DNA from: Iphione sp. A-MEVVRFRX5
Lineage: Eukaryota
Direction: 5' to 3'
DNA: 64,000 bases
Assembly: GCA_976226885.1 (NCBI GenBank)
Contig: OZ320323.1
Coordinates: 40,238,001 to 40,302,000 of the forward strand
The first letter of the stretch is position 1, and every line of letters starts with the position of its first letter. The translations under genes and the position numbers were made by a program. The notes beneath the pieces are model-generated. The model saw only the letters and a program-made list of their open reading frames with translations, was not told the DNA's origin and made no database searches. This document shows, in pieces, positions 1 through 13,520 of the stretch.

Positions 1-2930
1 CATATCCCTCTGCTGTCCAGAATGATCAGCATAATAGCTGCCTATCGCTCTGTGGTTAGTACAGGTGGACTCCCTACAGTATAAACTTATAGAATATTAT
101 GAACCCCCTCTTCAACGACTATTTGCGCACTATGGACAGCTGACCGGGATGCATGCCATGTCCGCTGGAGAGAGGCTTCATCCTATACATCGTGTACATG
201 TGCATAGTTGAAAGCGATTGATAGTAGTATCAAGTCATGTGTAAGTTCACTATGCCTGGTCACTTGGCCAGTTGTATGAACTACGCACAAATCTTCCATT
301 ATCTTCTTGTTGTTCTCCACATATACTCTTACGCTGCAGAACAACCACCACCCCTACTTTCAAATCCCTCCACCCCCTTTTCACCAAGATTTCCCTAGAT
401 ACATATATGCTCCCCCAGTCTGCTATCTACCTGGTAGGTGGTAGGTAGTCAGGTAGGTGGCCCTTGAGCCAGTGTGCTCCAGTTGCCTCCCTCACCTCTA
501 CTCCAAGATACTACTAATAGTAGACAGCCAACTAATCTCCCCTAAAATGCTATTCCGTAGATATTCTGCACTGCACCAGGGGGCAGACTCAGCTGGAAAC
601 TAGGCTAAACTGATGATGATATGCTGTAGGAAAAAGATAAAAGAATGCATGCATGAGACTTAGAAAACAACCAATGCTGAGATGCTGTGCATAGGGTTTA
701 CCTTACTCATGAACTGAAGCTAGCCGGGGGTGCATGATATACAAGTTCCTTGTCTGGAACTGTATTGGTTCTGATTGATGTGACCAGTCGAATGCCACAT
801 TAGGGACAGGCCTCAATTTACACATAATCAGGATTAAGGACAGTATCTGCCAGTGCGGCAAATACCTTTTTCTAATGAAATATTGCCTCATTGTGGACAA
901 TACAACAAATGAGGACAGCATATGCAGTGCTGAATATTTTTTGTAATGGTTTATGACCACAGTGTGGGCAAAGTCAGAATTATAGATAGTTCGTGCAAGT
1001 ACCACAGACTGTCTACAATGTTGCAGTAATTGTTTAACTTAAGTACAATACATCTATCTTCAGTTTGTTGCATAGACTATACCTCTTGGGGTTATCAAAT
1101 CATCTACACAAAGTCTTGCACTGTAGTTGCCAGAAAAATTACACGAAAAACATACCTGTCACAAATCAGTTCGATAAAATTTTATAGAATTTCATCTTAA
1201 CATCATTAATTCCATCGACTGTTATGAGTGCCCTTCGGTCCCAGCCCACAAAGATTTGATATGAAGCAGTATGTTTTTCATTACTAACTGAATTATCGTA
1301 TGTAAGTGCCTCTTGCGTTTCTCATACATTTGATCTGAACTTGTCTGGCCAAACAAGAAGTGGGGATTAAAGTTTTGATATAAAAGAGATTAAAGTTTTC
1401 TCGACTCCCCCATGCATAATTTAAGCTTTCTCACCGTACACATTTCTGATATAATGTAAATAAATCTTATTGAGGTTCATACTTCAAAATATTCATGTGA
1501 TTATCACGTAGATTTATAATAGAGAAGTATAATAAATTGAAGTAAAAATATATTAGCTACACGGAGGGAAAAAATAGAAACCATTCACAGCATAACATTC
1601 AGTGCGAATTTAGGTCGATAAAACACTGATCGAACGTGATGTCAATGCTAAAGTGTTTGCTCACAGTTCCAGCCAGGAAAGCAAACAATCTCACCCACAC
1701 TCTTTTAGGCGACATAGTCATTCAAACATTCCATTGCGCCACGTAGTTTCCGTCTCTTTATGTGCCTGTATGCGATCTCTGTTTGCACGATCATTTCGAA
1801 AATGTATCCTTTTCCTTCCTCGAAATGATTTGAGACTGGGCGTGATGAGAGAGGCATTTGTGTCAAAATTTCTGGTTGTATAACTAGCTCAATCATATCT
1901 CTTCCTAAATGATGACCAGGTCACCACACTGTTCCCCGCCTCTATTATCTATAACCTATTTGTTGATCATCTCCAGAATGGATATACATGTATTGTCGGG
2001 AAAATGGCATGTTTAGACGAAGCATATATACCCCTTTTACCTGTCTGTAAAGATACAACCTTCGGCAAGACGGAGGGTGTCATGCAATCAGCACTGTGCA
2101 CCTCGTCTTTATCACACTGTTTGATGATCTTCTGGCGTGGATGTTATTGAGAAAATGTAGACATGGGAGAAATAAGACCCGTTTACCTGTATGTCTCCTT
2201 ATACAAAGAACACCAAGATACAAAGAACACTAAGAGCGGAAAGCGAAAAGCGTTGATCCTAGTATCCAAGGGCGTTTTGGAATATTTATTCGCCCCCGAG
2301 TAGGATACAATAGGCCTCGGTGGTTGTTTGGAACCTTCAGTGGCGGAGGCCCCACGTCAAGTACGTAGAAGGCTTACCTTTTAGAGATCTTTTGTTAGTA
2401 AGAATTATTGTACGTTAGGGACGATTAAATGCATGGTTAGAGTTTCCACCTAATGCCAAGCTAATCACTGTCTGTAAAATATCGATTTCTACTGAAGGCA
2501 GTTTAAGAAAAAAATATTGATTTCTGTCCATGATATATGTGTACACCATGCATAGGGTAGTTACACGGCGATGTTTTCTTCTTATTGAATAAGAAGAAAA
2601 CATCGTAAATATCACCAAATATCACAGAACTCACACAAACCACAGAAGTGCTGGTATACTTCAGGTGACGAAAATTAACTGAACTCTGGTGAAGGGCTGA
2701 CAAGCATGAAATGCATGAATTGGTAACAACCCAACAAACCATGCTAGCCCGACAATGACCCCTGTATGCCTGGCAAGTTGGAACTGTGCTTCTTAGAGAA
2801 TTTGCTAAATAGTAAGCGTTATTCATGGCATCAACATTTGCAGATATCCAGCTGTGAACTTGAGACAGTGAACCGAGACCGGAGTAGGGCGTCCTTCCTC
2901 GCATGCCCCGACCTTTCCCGCCTCGTCTGG

Positions 2931-2932
<2 letters not shown>

Positions 2933-2975
<43 letters not shown>
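2933..2975. repeat. (TG)n microsatellite
   Basis: Direct inspection. Confidence 0.95.
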
Positions 2976-2978
<3 letters not shown>

Positions 2979-4617
2979 TATGTATCGGTCAGTGCTAGTT
3001 GGCAACGCCACTCGGGCAAATCCACCGTGACTCAGATTTTCCAAACCATGCCACCGTTGCTAAGTACATTATATATATGTATATAATGTATATAAAGTAG
3101 TCAAACCTCCGAAAATTCCATTCCCCATTTAAATTTTCAAAAAGACCCGCCTCCCACGAGGTGTTTTTTTACTCAGAGATTAAAGTCCAAATCTTCAAAG
3201 TTACTCTCGGTTAACTATTTGTTCTGGACATTATACAGTAATTATTATTCGGAATACGCCTTCCATTAATTTACTGACGGGTTTGATAAAATGTATATGT
3301 AGGTGATAGATGTGCCAGAGAGTGCTTAGCATGGAGAATGATATATACGCCTGATTAACTTTGCTAACACCTTATCAGCTTTGTAGTCATACCCACTAAT
3401 CCATTGAACAAGCATTACAATCAGTGCTTACCGTTCTATTTATACCAGTGTTTTTACTGAGGATACTTTCCGGCATAGCTGTAGAGGAAGTTGCATATGG
3501 TTTATTCGGTCTGATCATTGGAAGCTATGGCAAGAAGTTGGCGTGTAAATCCTTGCTATGTATGTATGTTTACAGGCTGATAATGACTATTAATGTGGAC
3601 AAATAATATAATTTTACCAGGACGGGCCTGAAATATATTATTAACCTACGTACACTATATTTCCGAGTCTCATTAATTTGAAGCTGAATCCTATAACAGT
3701 TGATTGACAGCATTGGAAATTCCGTGGCGTGACAGACACTCACTTACAGCAAGATCTAGATGTGCGTTGGTACAAAATGCATTATTCGATGTATATCTAT
3801 TACCAGTGTGATTAAAGACGTATACAAAAACAAAAACATGTTTATCGTTTATATTCTGTGTTTAAAAATCAGCCTTAGTTTCAATCACTTGCTAAAATAT
3901 GCTAGATTTTTTCCCTGATTATTATCAAAACAAGGACAGGACAGGAAATCACACGTTCTGATGACAGTGCCTCTGAAAGAGGTTAATTTACAAGTAGTAT
4001 GTCGTTTTATTAGTCATAAACTGAGTATGTCTAATTTGCGCCATTAACGTCGACCATAAAAGCGTTGTAGAATGTTAATCAACTTCTTCCCGGTATAATT
4101 TGCGCTCCTTAGAGGTGATTATTTGTCTTCCCGGGGCATTTTTTTCCCCTACGAAAATGAAAGAGTTAGCCTCACACAGGTGACCTAGAGAGCCCGGAGT
4201 CTTGTCAAGAGTGGAGCGAGGGCAGGAGTTTTTATGGCGAATGCACCGACGGACCTCGTCCTAAACACGACCGCCTCTTTCTTGTGAAGACGGCCGCGCG
4301 AGTCACACCATTCACACCGCGGTCCGATGGCTTCAGCCTGGAGCTCCCCATGCTTGGTTGAATGGACCCATCACAAGACCCCCCGCGGTCAAGTTATATA
4401 TTTATATAAAAAAAACTATACAGAGAGAGAGACGATGTGTGCCCCAGAGCGGCCATTCGAGTGCACTCTCAGGCCGGCTCGGGAATCCAGCGAAGTACAC
4501 GGACGTGTATGAGTGCTTGTAAGGTTGTGTAGGTTGGGGAAATTTAGGCCCTTTAAGGTATCACAACCTGTCCACGTCTCGGTCCACGTTGACTTGATGT
4601 TTTTCTGCTCTTCAGGT

Positions 4618-5512
4618 TTATTATGATGCTCATACTTACGGATATATCTGTATGTGGTGCCATTATTAAGGTCCTCATACTTACAGATAGGTCTGTTTGT
4701 GGTGCTCTTTATTATGGACCTCATACTTACAGATTGGTCTGTATATAGTGCTCTTTATAATGGTCCTCATACTTACAGGTAGGTCTGTATGTGGTTCTCT
4801 TTATTATGGTCCTCATACTCACAGATAGGTCTGTATGTGGTGCTCTTTATTAGAGTCCTCATACTCACCGATAGGTCTGTATGTGGTGCTCTTTATTAGG
4901 GTCCTCATACTCACAGATAGATCTGTATGTGGTGCTCTTTATTATGGTCCTCATACTCACAGATAGATCTGTATGTGGTGCTCTTTATTAGGGTCCTCAT
5001 ACTCATAGATAGGTCTGTATGTGGTGCTCTTTATTATGGTCCTCATACTCACAGATAGGTCTGTATGTGGTGCTCTTTATTATGGTCCTCATACTCACAG
5101 ATAGGTCTGTATGTGGTGCTCTTTATTAGGGTCCTCATACTTACAGATAGGTCTGTATGTGTTGCTGTGATTATGGCCATCATACTTACAGATAGGTGTG
5201 TATGTGGTGCTGTTATTATGGTACTTATACTTACAGATAGGTCTGTATGTAGTGCTCTTTATTAGGGTCCTCATACTCACAGATAGGTCTGTATGTAGTG
5301 CTCTTTATTATGGTCCTCATACTCACAGATAGATCTGTATGTGGTGCTCTTTATTAGGATCTTCATACTCACAGGTCTGTATGTGGTTCTCTTTATTATG
5401 GTCCTCATACTCACAGATAGGTCTGTATGTGGTGCTTTCTATTATAGTCCTCTTATTTACAGATAGGTCTGTATGTGGTTCTCTTTATTATGGTTATCTG
5501 TATGTGGTGCCT
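4618..5512. repeat. 46-bp minisatellite, about 19 copies
   Basis: Unit cctcatactcacagataggtctgtatgtggtgctctttattatggt; period 46 (e.g. 4811 to 4857). Confidence 0.95.
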
Positions 5513-8500
5513 TAGGAGAGGATCTAAAGGAGCACCCTGTGGCCATGAACACACCAACCAGCTGCTTCAGGTGTACTGAATTAAAGTTCATCTCGTCGTA
5601 TACCATAATCTTTTGTACACTCTTTATCCCAAATCGGGATATTGTCAACTTAAAGTTACTGATGAATAAAATAAAGATAAATCAAAATTATGGCTCTTTG
5701 TTAAACAGCCTATAGTCAACTGGAACTTCAGTAGAGTAATACCCAAATCATTTTAGTAAACTTTAAAACAGATGCCCGTGTAGATGGCAAGCACTTGGTG
5801 GATGTAAGGCGTTGGCCCTCCAGAAGATCTGTTTCTATCCAATATCTGACAGACCCGCTGATGCCTATTTGGATAATTATTCACCAATTTAACCTTCCTT
5901 GTCGGCATCCAGTGTACCTTTCGGCTACTAAATCTCTGTTCTGATATCCGTGTTCCAGCTGCAGGGAGCTGGACTGTACCTGGTGTCCCATCCGAATGTG
6001 GGAGCTGGGGTTGAAAAAACTTGATAAAACAGCCGAGGTTTGTCTACTGAATCCCACCAGGTGTTTCTGGTGGCTTTCATGGAATGGAAGTCCGCAGTAA
6101 TAAGCAGTGGCATTAATAGACGAGGGTATTTGACATTCCCTAATCTTGAATACATCTTTGTCGGTAGGGTACCTTTCTTGTGCATAAACACAGGATTCGC
6201 CAGATCAAGATGGGTTATTATGTGTGCACGGATGATAATAGTTGAATGATCATAGATTATGACACGGGGGACGTCTGTTGTATCGCTTTAATCTAGAGAT
6301 TCTTTTAATTTCTTTGAAACGACTGTCCGGCATCAGTCAAAGGCTGTTTTTTTTAGCCAGGGCTGTGAAATACAATTTGTAGAGAGCACGCAGCAGCATT
6401 TAGCTAAAAAAAACTGAACTAAGGACATTTCATTGTCTAATGCTCAAGGAGAAAGTTCAGTCTATCTTACTCTGCCAGTTGAGCCTCCAAGTCATACATC
6501 AAGATGCATTATATTAATTCAAGTTGGTTATTTTCCTACCTACTAAGGATTTCGAGTGTGAAGAAGCTATTGATGATATTATTCTAGTCCCTATACTGGA
6601 GAGTGCCTGGTAGTTATATCATGCAGGTCATCGCGCCATGTTTCTGCGTAGACGTGCACGCGTACATGTATGTACACCCGCTTGCACGTGCAAGTATAGG
6701 CTTCCAGGTGTGAGCAAGCGGGGTGGGCGGGGGCGATCAGACTACCGGGCTTTTACTGACGCAGAGAAAGACGATCCTATACGGGGCTACTGGTCCGACC
6801 CATGTGGACATATTGATCTGTTCAGAATGTGGCATTTATACCTTTACGTGTACGTATAAGAATCTTGGAATAGATTAGATTGAGCTTACCGATAGAGATC
6901 CTTAGCTATGTTTGTATATATATATGTGCGAGTTTTTGCGGAACAGGTTAGATTTGAAATTTTTGATGTTTATTCGTGTGTATAAATCTTTGTAGAACGG
7001 TTCGGATAGAGTGTGGTCTCACAAACAGGTTAGATAGACTGTGGGCCAGACAGCCATAACATGGCTATATATATATATTATACACGTATATATAAATACA
7101 CATCGATCTTTGTGGAATGCAGTAGATTAATTGTGGCTTACACAGTTCTGACATGCATGTACACGCAGTGTACATGTATGTGGCTGGGGATGAGGGAGAG
7201 GAATGGCTGAAGGTTAGAGCGGGTCTGCTCTCATGTCCATCCAAAGGGTTACGCATCCCGTTTTCGACACCTCCTTCCCATATTGAGCATCGCTTTCATC
7301 TGTTAATGCGCCACTCCAGGTGCGTCCTATCTCAGGTGAAGTGCGGGGTGGCCCCCGGTCCTACGTGCCCCCCCCCCCGGTCAGTGCAGTTCGATCGGGA
7401 TTATAGTTTGCCCCCTTCCAGTAGCACCTGTAGACGCCACACGGGGGCGTGAGAGGCGGCCGGAGGGTTGGGGGGTTGGGCGGAGTAGAGTCAACACGCA
7501 TTACGTTTAATAATACCCCGGGCGCCCCCCCCCCCCAACATCTCTGCCCGCCGTGTGCTGCGCGTGCCCAGACGTGAACGATTACTACCCCGGCGAGCGA
7601 TGGCGTATATACCATCAAGTGTTGGACAAGCCGAGGCCAGGACCGAGCTTTCGAAAGCAGAAAGAGTAACCCCCCCCCCCCCCCCATCCCCGCCACCCTC
7701 CTCAGCTACATTAGGGCATTTCCCGTGTTTACTCGGAGGGTGTGTATGTATGTATATACGCCAGCAGTAGTGGAGCGGCCGAAGCCCCATGTATAGCTCT
7801 CACCTGAAGTAAGTATTGTTTAATGGTAATTGGGCGGGTACGATTAGCTTGTCCCCCCCCCCCCCCCGGCTTGATTACCTGATGAAAACAATCCCTGGGA
7901 GTAGGCTTTTATCAGGAGGGATCGCCGAAATATGTGAATGCTGATCGCGTGTTTTTTTTTTTCTCGATCTTGGAATCGTAATCGATTCATGCAGCCAGTC
8001 CTCGAGAGATGGTGATCGACTCAGTGAGAAGTGAAACTCTCGTGGTCATACTTCGTGTACATACCATAGAACGTCTGTATCATCCTCGGGTTGATTTTAC
8101 ACCCTTTTAAGAAAAATAATTATAATACATGTGTATTTTAATAGGTACATCAGTGCCCATAAATAGTCACCACAGCCTACGCGCATATGTATGAACAGCA
8201 TTCATGTATATATGTATGAACAGCATCAATGTACATGTATAAATGTCGGCTCTTTGGACAAAGTCCTGGTTATGGGCAGACTTTCTTCGAATGCTTGATA
8301 ACCAAAGGGAAGTGTAGGAATGATTGTAAAGCTCGACAAAATTAAGCTTAAAACAAGGAAACTGTTGATGCTTACATGTACTGTATTAGAGGCTGTTCAC
8401 ATGTACATGTATGAATCACGGGCAGAAAATATGTTTATGGATCCAGAGCCGTAACTAGCCTCCTGTGTAGTGTGCATTTAATTGCTATAATATGTTAACC

Positions 8501-8944
8501 AGATGTATTTTACTATGGGCTCCTGTGGAATATTGTTCCGTAGCTGTAGAAAATCTGTTCCTGAGGGGTTCATCGTCTACGTCTATGGATCTGTAGCTAT
8601 GGATACCGACAGGTACGGCCACATACGAAGGGTTTACTTGATTATTACCGAATGGGTAGCTATGGATACATAGACATAGAAAAACACGGATACAGTAGGG
8701 ATACTTGTGAACAGCCCCGAAATACCCTCCGACGCATACAAGCGTCGGCTCTTTGGATAGAGTTCTGGTGATGGACTGGATCTGTTCTAATTCTTGATAA
8801 TTGAAGGAAAATGTGTGTACAGTTGTAAGGCTCGACAAAATTAAGCTTAAAACAAGGAAACTGTTTATACTTATGTTTGTTTGGCAGCATGTGTTGGAAC
8901 CAAGTTTTGTTCTCACGACCACCTTGCCTGAAATTGGAAAAAAC

Positions 8945-9182
8945 CCCTCCTGCTCCTTCTCATCCTTCTCCTGCTCCTGCTCCCATTCCCTTTTGCTTCT
9001 TTCTGCTCTTCCTTCTCTTCCTTCTCTTCCTGCTCCTCCTCTTCTTGCTCTTGCTCTCCTGCTCCTCCTGCTCCTCCTGCTCCTGCTCCTGCTCCTTCTC
9101 TTGCTCCTCCTCCTCCTCCTCCTCCTCCTCCTCCTCCTCCTCCTCCTCCTCCTCCTCCTCCTCCTCCTCCTCCTCCTCCTCC
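8945..9182. repeat. (CCT)n / CT-rich trinucleotide repeat
   Basis: Pure (CCT)n from about 9104 to 9181; explains the poly-R/E/S/L ORFs. Confidence 0.95.
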
Positions 9183-9878
9183 CTTCTTTCACAAGTCCTC
9201 CTGTAGCAACAGACGTGATAGTACGTGTACACTGTCCGTATTACGTTTGGCAGCGAGCCAGCGTTGTAGTCTTGTTATTCTCTCATCTACACCGAGAAAG
9301 GGAGAACTATTTTTTTTTTTACCTTGATCAGCTTAGCTTCGTGTTACACATGTAGACGCACGAACCTGACATCATGGCCTACAACCGTTTGCATTCTTCG
9401 TTCTCATATCACGGTCGGAAGCGAAAAATCATGTATGAAATAGTAAAATGACGCGTCATTCCGAACAAGGATTAGCATACTTGTATAATATGTTCCTCGA
9501 TACTTGGCCTCTCGTAATATTTTGGCGGCCTCAGTTTTCCTGCCTGTGATTCATTCATCATCTTGTCTTGAGAGGATAATTTTGTTCACGGTGATTATCA
9601 CTACTGTTATCGTATACCGTTGATATCACCGCCTCATGTACCACGATCGTTATCACCACTGATATCATGTGAAGAACTTGGTTGTCCTTTTTAAAAATGA
9701 TTAAACATCTTATCTGTAGTCTACAGAGGACCACAGAACAAAATGTTATCATGTAAATGTACTCTTATCCATCTGCTCTTTAAAATAAAAAAAGGCCAAT
9801 GTTTTTTTCCTTTTGATGTGGTTCTTTGAAGAACTTTTTGTGATGACAGGTCACAGAGGTCAACACTAACATCCTTGT

Positions 9879-10308
9879 AGCCTTCAGCTTCTTTAAGCTC
9901 AGTGGTGATTACAAAGAGAGGGGCTCACAGTGTGCCTAGTGAAATGATACATGAACACGTAGTGCCTACGTTCTTTCCCATAGCTTGATATATATAGGGA
10001 ATAAACAGAAAAGAAGGTTACAGGTATACCTCCCCTAACGAAGCAGATGTGTTCCAAGAGATCACTTCATTGTCAGAAACTTCCTCAACATAAGCCTTCA
10101 GCTTCTTTAAGCTCAGTGGCGATTACAAAGAGAGGGGCTCACAGTGTGCCTAGTCAAATGATACATGAACACGTAGTGCCTACGTTATTTCCGATAGCTT
10201 GATATATATAGGGAATAAACTGAAAAGAAGGTTACAGGTATACCTCCCCTAACGAAGCAGATGTGTTCCAAGAGATCACTTCATTGTCAGAAACTTCCTC
10301 AACATAAG
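9879..10308. repeat. 214-bp tandem duplication (2 near-identical copies)
   Basis: agccttcagcttctttaagctcagtgg at 9879 and 10093. Confidence 0.95.
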
Positions 10309-12195
10309 GATAATAGATAAACTAATTTGGAGCCGAAGATTTGATCTAAAAGGAATACATGTACTTTTAATTTTTTTATAAAAGTTGCCATGATAGGCTT
10401 CGTTCTCAGAGGACTCGTAAAGAGGGGAGTATACCTGTGTATATGTAGTAGACTTGTATAGTGTACACCGTGGTCTGAGGCTTACACACATTCTGTCGAG
10501 GTTGATCCTCGGGCTGTTATGGGTAATTAAAGCTGGGTCGGGGAAATCGTCTTTACCGCTCTCAGTCGAGGATCCTCTTCATTAAAGCTGATTACGTGTA
10601 TACTTTTCAACATCTGTTGGTTCATTTCTAGCCACAAACATTTTCTGCTTCATTCATACGCGCGTTTGATATGTTCTTTGGTGTCTGTTACACACGTTTG
10701 TGTGTGTACATAGCTGTGGTTCGTATCATTCGTCGTGACAAATAGAATTGAACGTTTTATCAACATTGTTTTAGGGGAAATCCTTCATGAGAACATTATA
10801 ATTGAGTTATAATTGGGAGAAATGTCAATGGACGTCTTCCGTAGGGGGAAAAGTCTTACGTGGGTATTATTATTATTGTCGACATATGAATAATCAGCCC
10901 AAAAAACTGCGACATGCACACGTATACTGTTGTCATCATGCAGCCAGCTAGTACGCCGCTCTAGTATATGATGGTGACATCATACATCAGTGGTCGTGCC
11001 TTTCTCGCTCCACATCCTCCCGCCTTGCGCCCGGAGACAATCTAAAGCTTGTCCCCCCCCCCCCACCAAACATTCTGACCTGCCAGATTGTCTGACCAAA
11101 CCACGCCTGCAGGCTTGTTGGAATATCTCTTTAAAGAGAGCCGTAACATTCATACATAGAAAGTCTCCCATTGCTGCTTATTAATCCTGAATTATGTGAA
11201 GATAGTACTATAAGAAGAAGCAGGAGGGATTGTAAATGCATGTAGTGTGGGCCCCTGACTAGAGTGGTGAGCGGAGCAATCCCCCCTCCCCCGCCACACA
11301 CACAGAGCAGTTGAGTTCCAGCTAGATGATAGTATCCTTAGATTTATAATGAAGTCGGAGTATGTCCACGCATCATATTACATATACATGTACTCCCTCC
11401 ACTAAAAAGTAATACAGACCAAATGAACCCCTTAAATCCCCCTTTAAAAAGAAGTTTTCGTTACTGACGAGTTCCACTTGATCCAGAACTGACCTCGCCC
11501 CCCGGCTCAGAGGTCTAGTAACGGCCCGGTCCCTGCACTCTTGTACCTGATGAGTACGCACCCTCGTTCTTAAAATCACGAAATTAGGGGTGTATTTTCC
11601 AAAGATCGTATGTCCGCGTTTTTATAAAAAAGGGTCTCTGTGTGGGCATACATTCTTATATATGTGTAGATGAGTAGAAGTGAATGCACACGTATGTAAG
11701 TATGGTTAAGTGTATTATTGATAATCATATTAGCTGTGTGTATATATCTGTGTGTAGGCCTATATAGACATATGTGAGCATAGTGTACTGTTCTTGTTAA
11801 GTGATGGCACTGCCAAAGACATGCAGCATGCTAAAATGTAGTAGCTCCAATAGTATTAACAACTATTATCTTTTAAAAGTCAGCAATTCTTTAAAAAGGA
11901 GGTGTTTTAGTCACTCAAAAATCAGTGTTTTCTTTAAAAAAGGGTCCTTTTTTCAGCCAAAAGTCAGTGAAAAGGGGGTAGTTTTGATGCTGTAGAACAA
12001 GCGTATGTCCTCCCCTTCATATAGCAGTGCGGGGACCGGGAGTAACGGACGTGTATTTCTGTCTTTGATTCACTGAGACTCCCAGCCTATGTCATGTTGC
12101 ACGTGAAGGGGGCAATCCTCTAAGGTGCTTATCAACTAAAGGCGTTTTTTTAATGAATGCATTACCACATAAATTTCATGCACATACATTGAGTA

Positions 12196-12405
12196 GGAAG
12201 TTAGCTCAGGTGATAAGAGTGCTGACTACCACTGGTCCATTGATTGTGAGGTTACAGGTTCGATCCTGGGCCTGGGACTCTTGATCATGACCAGATGGAT
12301 TTACTGTAGCCCCAACCCAGAGTGGTCCACAACTTTTAACAAAGGCCATGGGTGTATAGGACTCTGTCCCTTACATTTAAAGTAATAGATGAATATCTAG
12401 TTCCT
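12196..12405 (+). mobile_element. tRNA-derived SINE (5' part)
   Basis: A box TAGCTCAGGTG 12202-12212 and B box GGTTCGATCC 12257-12266, followed by a non-tRNA body; no cloverleaf. Confidence 0.65.
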
Positions 12406-12595
12406 GGTGAAAGATTCAGAGAAAATGGAAAGAAGTAGACCGTCCTTCATTTCACCATTGTTTGCATGTTAAAAGTGGCGAGAAAGGCCTGTTCTTTCGT
12501 TGAAACAGAGCACGAACCATGATCTCCCATTGTTTTAATATCTACCCTGCATTGAGCCCCTTTCTCTTCGCATATATTATGTCCTCATAGCGGCA

Positions 12596-12760
12596 CATGC
12601 GCCTCCACGACCGGAAGACAAAAGACCGCGCCATCTGTCGGGCGTCTCACTAACAATGCCGCTAGATGGCGCCAGCAGTCTGGATGGGGATATCTGTGAA
12701 AGGCGTCCGTTCAGGCAGAATTATGACGTAACGCCCGTGACGTAACGGGGCGCACACCCC
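12596..12760. promoter_or_regulatory. CpG-rich candidate promoter/insulator (paired CTCF/YY1-like motifs, two TGACGTAA, ETS-like CCGGAAG)
   Basis: GCGCCATCTGTCGG 12628-12641 and CCGCTAGATGGCGC 12659-12672; TGACGTAACG at 12724 and 12738; about 3 kb upstream of the first coding exon. Motif matches only. Confidence 0.4.
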
Positions 12761-13084
12761 GCAGCGTGGAGGGGATTCCGCATCGACGCAGCGTTATTTT
12801 GGTTTTGAACGGGCAGTTCCCGCTTTATTCATTATATAGACGTGACACGACGTATAACCGCACTGGTGTTAGAGAATAGGAAAGCAAATACCAGGGGCCC
12901 ACAGAGCCTCGAGATACGTTAATAATGACATAATGTCATGCGTTGGTTGAAATAAAATGCAGAATGAATGTCATTACAGCACATATTTTGGACCGTGAAC
13001 GTACGACATATACGAATAATTATGATTCCCATACTATAGATTCAACTAACTCCGGTATGTAGAAAAGGGGGTGGGGCCAGGGAG

Positions 13085-13520
13085 GAAGGCGTAAGGGCAG
13101 TATGGAAGGCACAGGGACAGAGTGGAAAGGGCAGATGGAACCTGGAGACAGGGATAATGGCAAAGGTGGGGTACAGCTCGGAATGTCAAGGGACAGTGGG
13201 AAAAGCACAAGAACAGTGGGGAAGGTGGGGGAAGGGGGAGTGTTTGGGGACAAGCAGAAAGGTGGAGGAGTAGTGGTGAAGATGTTCGAACAGTGAAAAA
13301 GGTGCAGCAACAGTGGGGAAGGTGAAGGGACAGTGTCGAAGGTAAGGGGCTCAGTGGAAGGTTGTTGGACAGTAGGGAAAAATGATAGGAAAGTGAGGAA
13401 TGTACAGAGACAGTGGAAAAAAGTATTGGGACAGTACAGAAGGTGCAGGGACAGTGAAGAAGGTGCACAGCTGGTGTGGAAGAAATCGTGGCAGTAGATC
13501 AAGCATGGGGACAGTGGAGA
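13085..13520. repeat. Degenerate purine-rich minisatellite (gggacagtgg..aaggtg)
   Basis: Repeated ggacagtg/aaggtg motifs. Confidence 0.7.

Noticed and set aside
4618-5512. Possible CRISPR array
   Set aside because: Head-to-tail 46-bp units with no unique spacers, in eukaryotic DNA without cas genes; it is a minisatellite.
6640-8260. GC-rich block with C/G homopolymers as an LTR or DIRS remnant
   Set aside because: No terminal repeats, PBS/PPT or protein motifs could be identified.
8485-9355. Long ORFs (235, 184, 109 and 90 aa)
   Set aside because: They are open because of the (CCT)n repeat, giving poly-R/L/S/E, with no splice or codon support.
12196-12275. tRNA gene
   Set aside because: A and B boxes are present but there is no acceptor or anticodon stem; the body is shared with other SINE copies.
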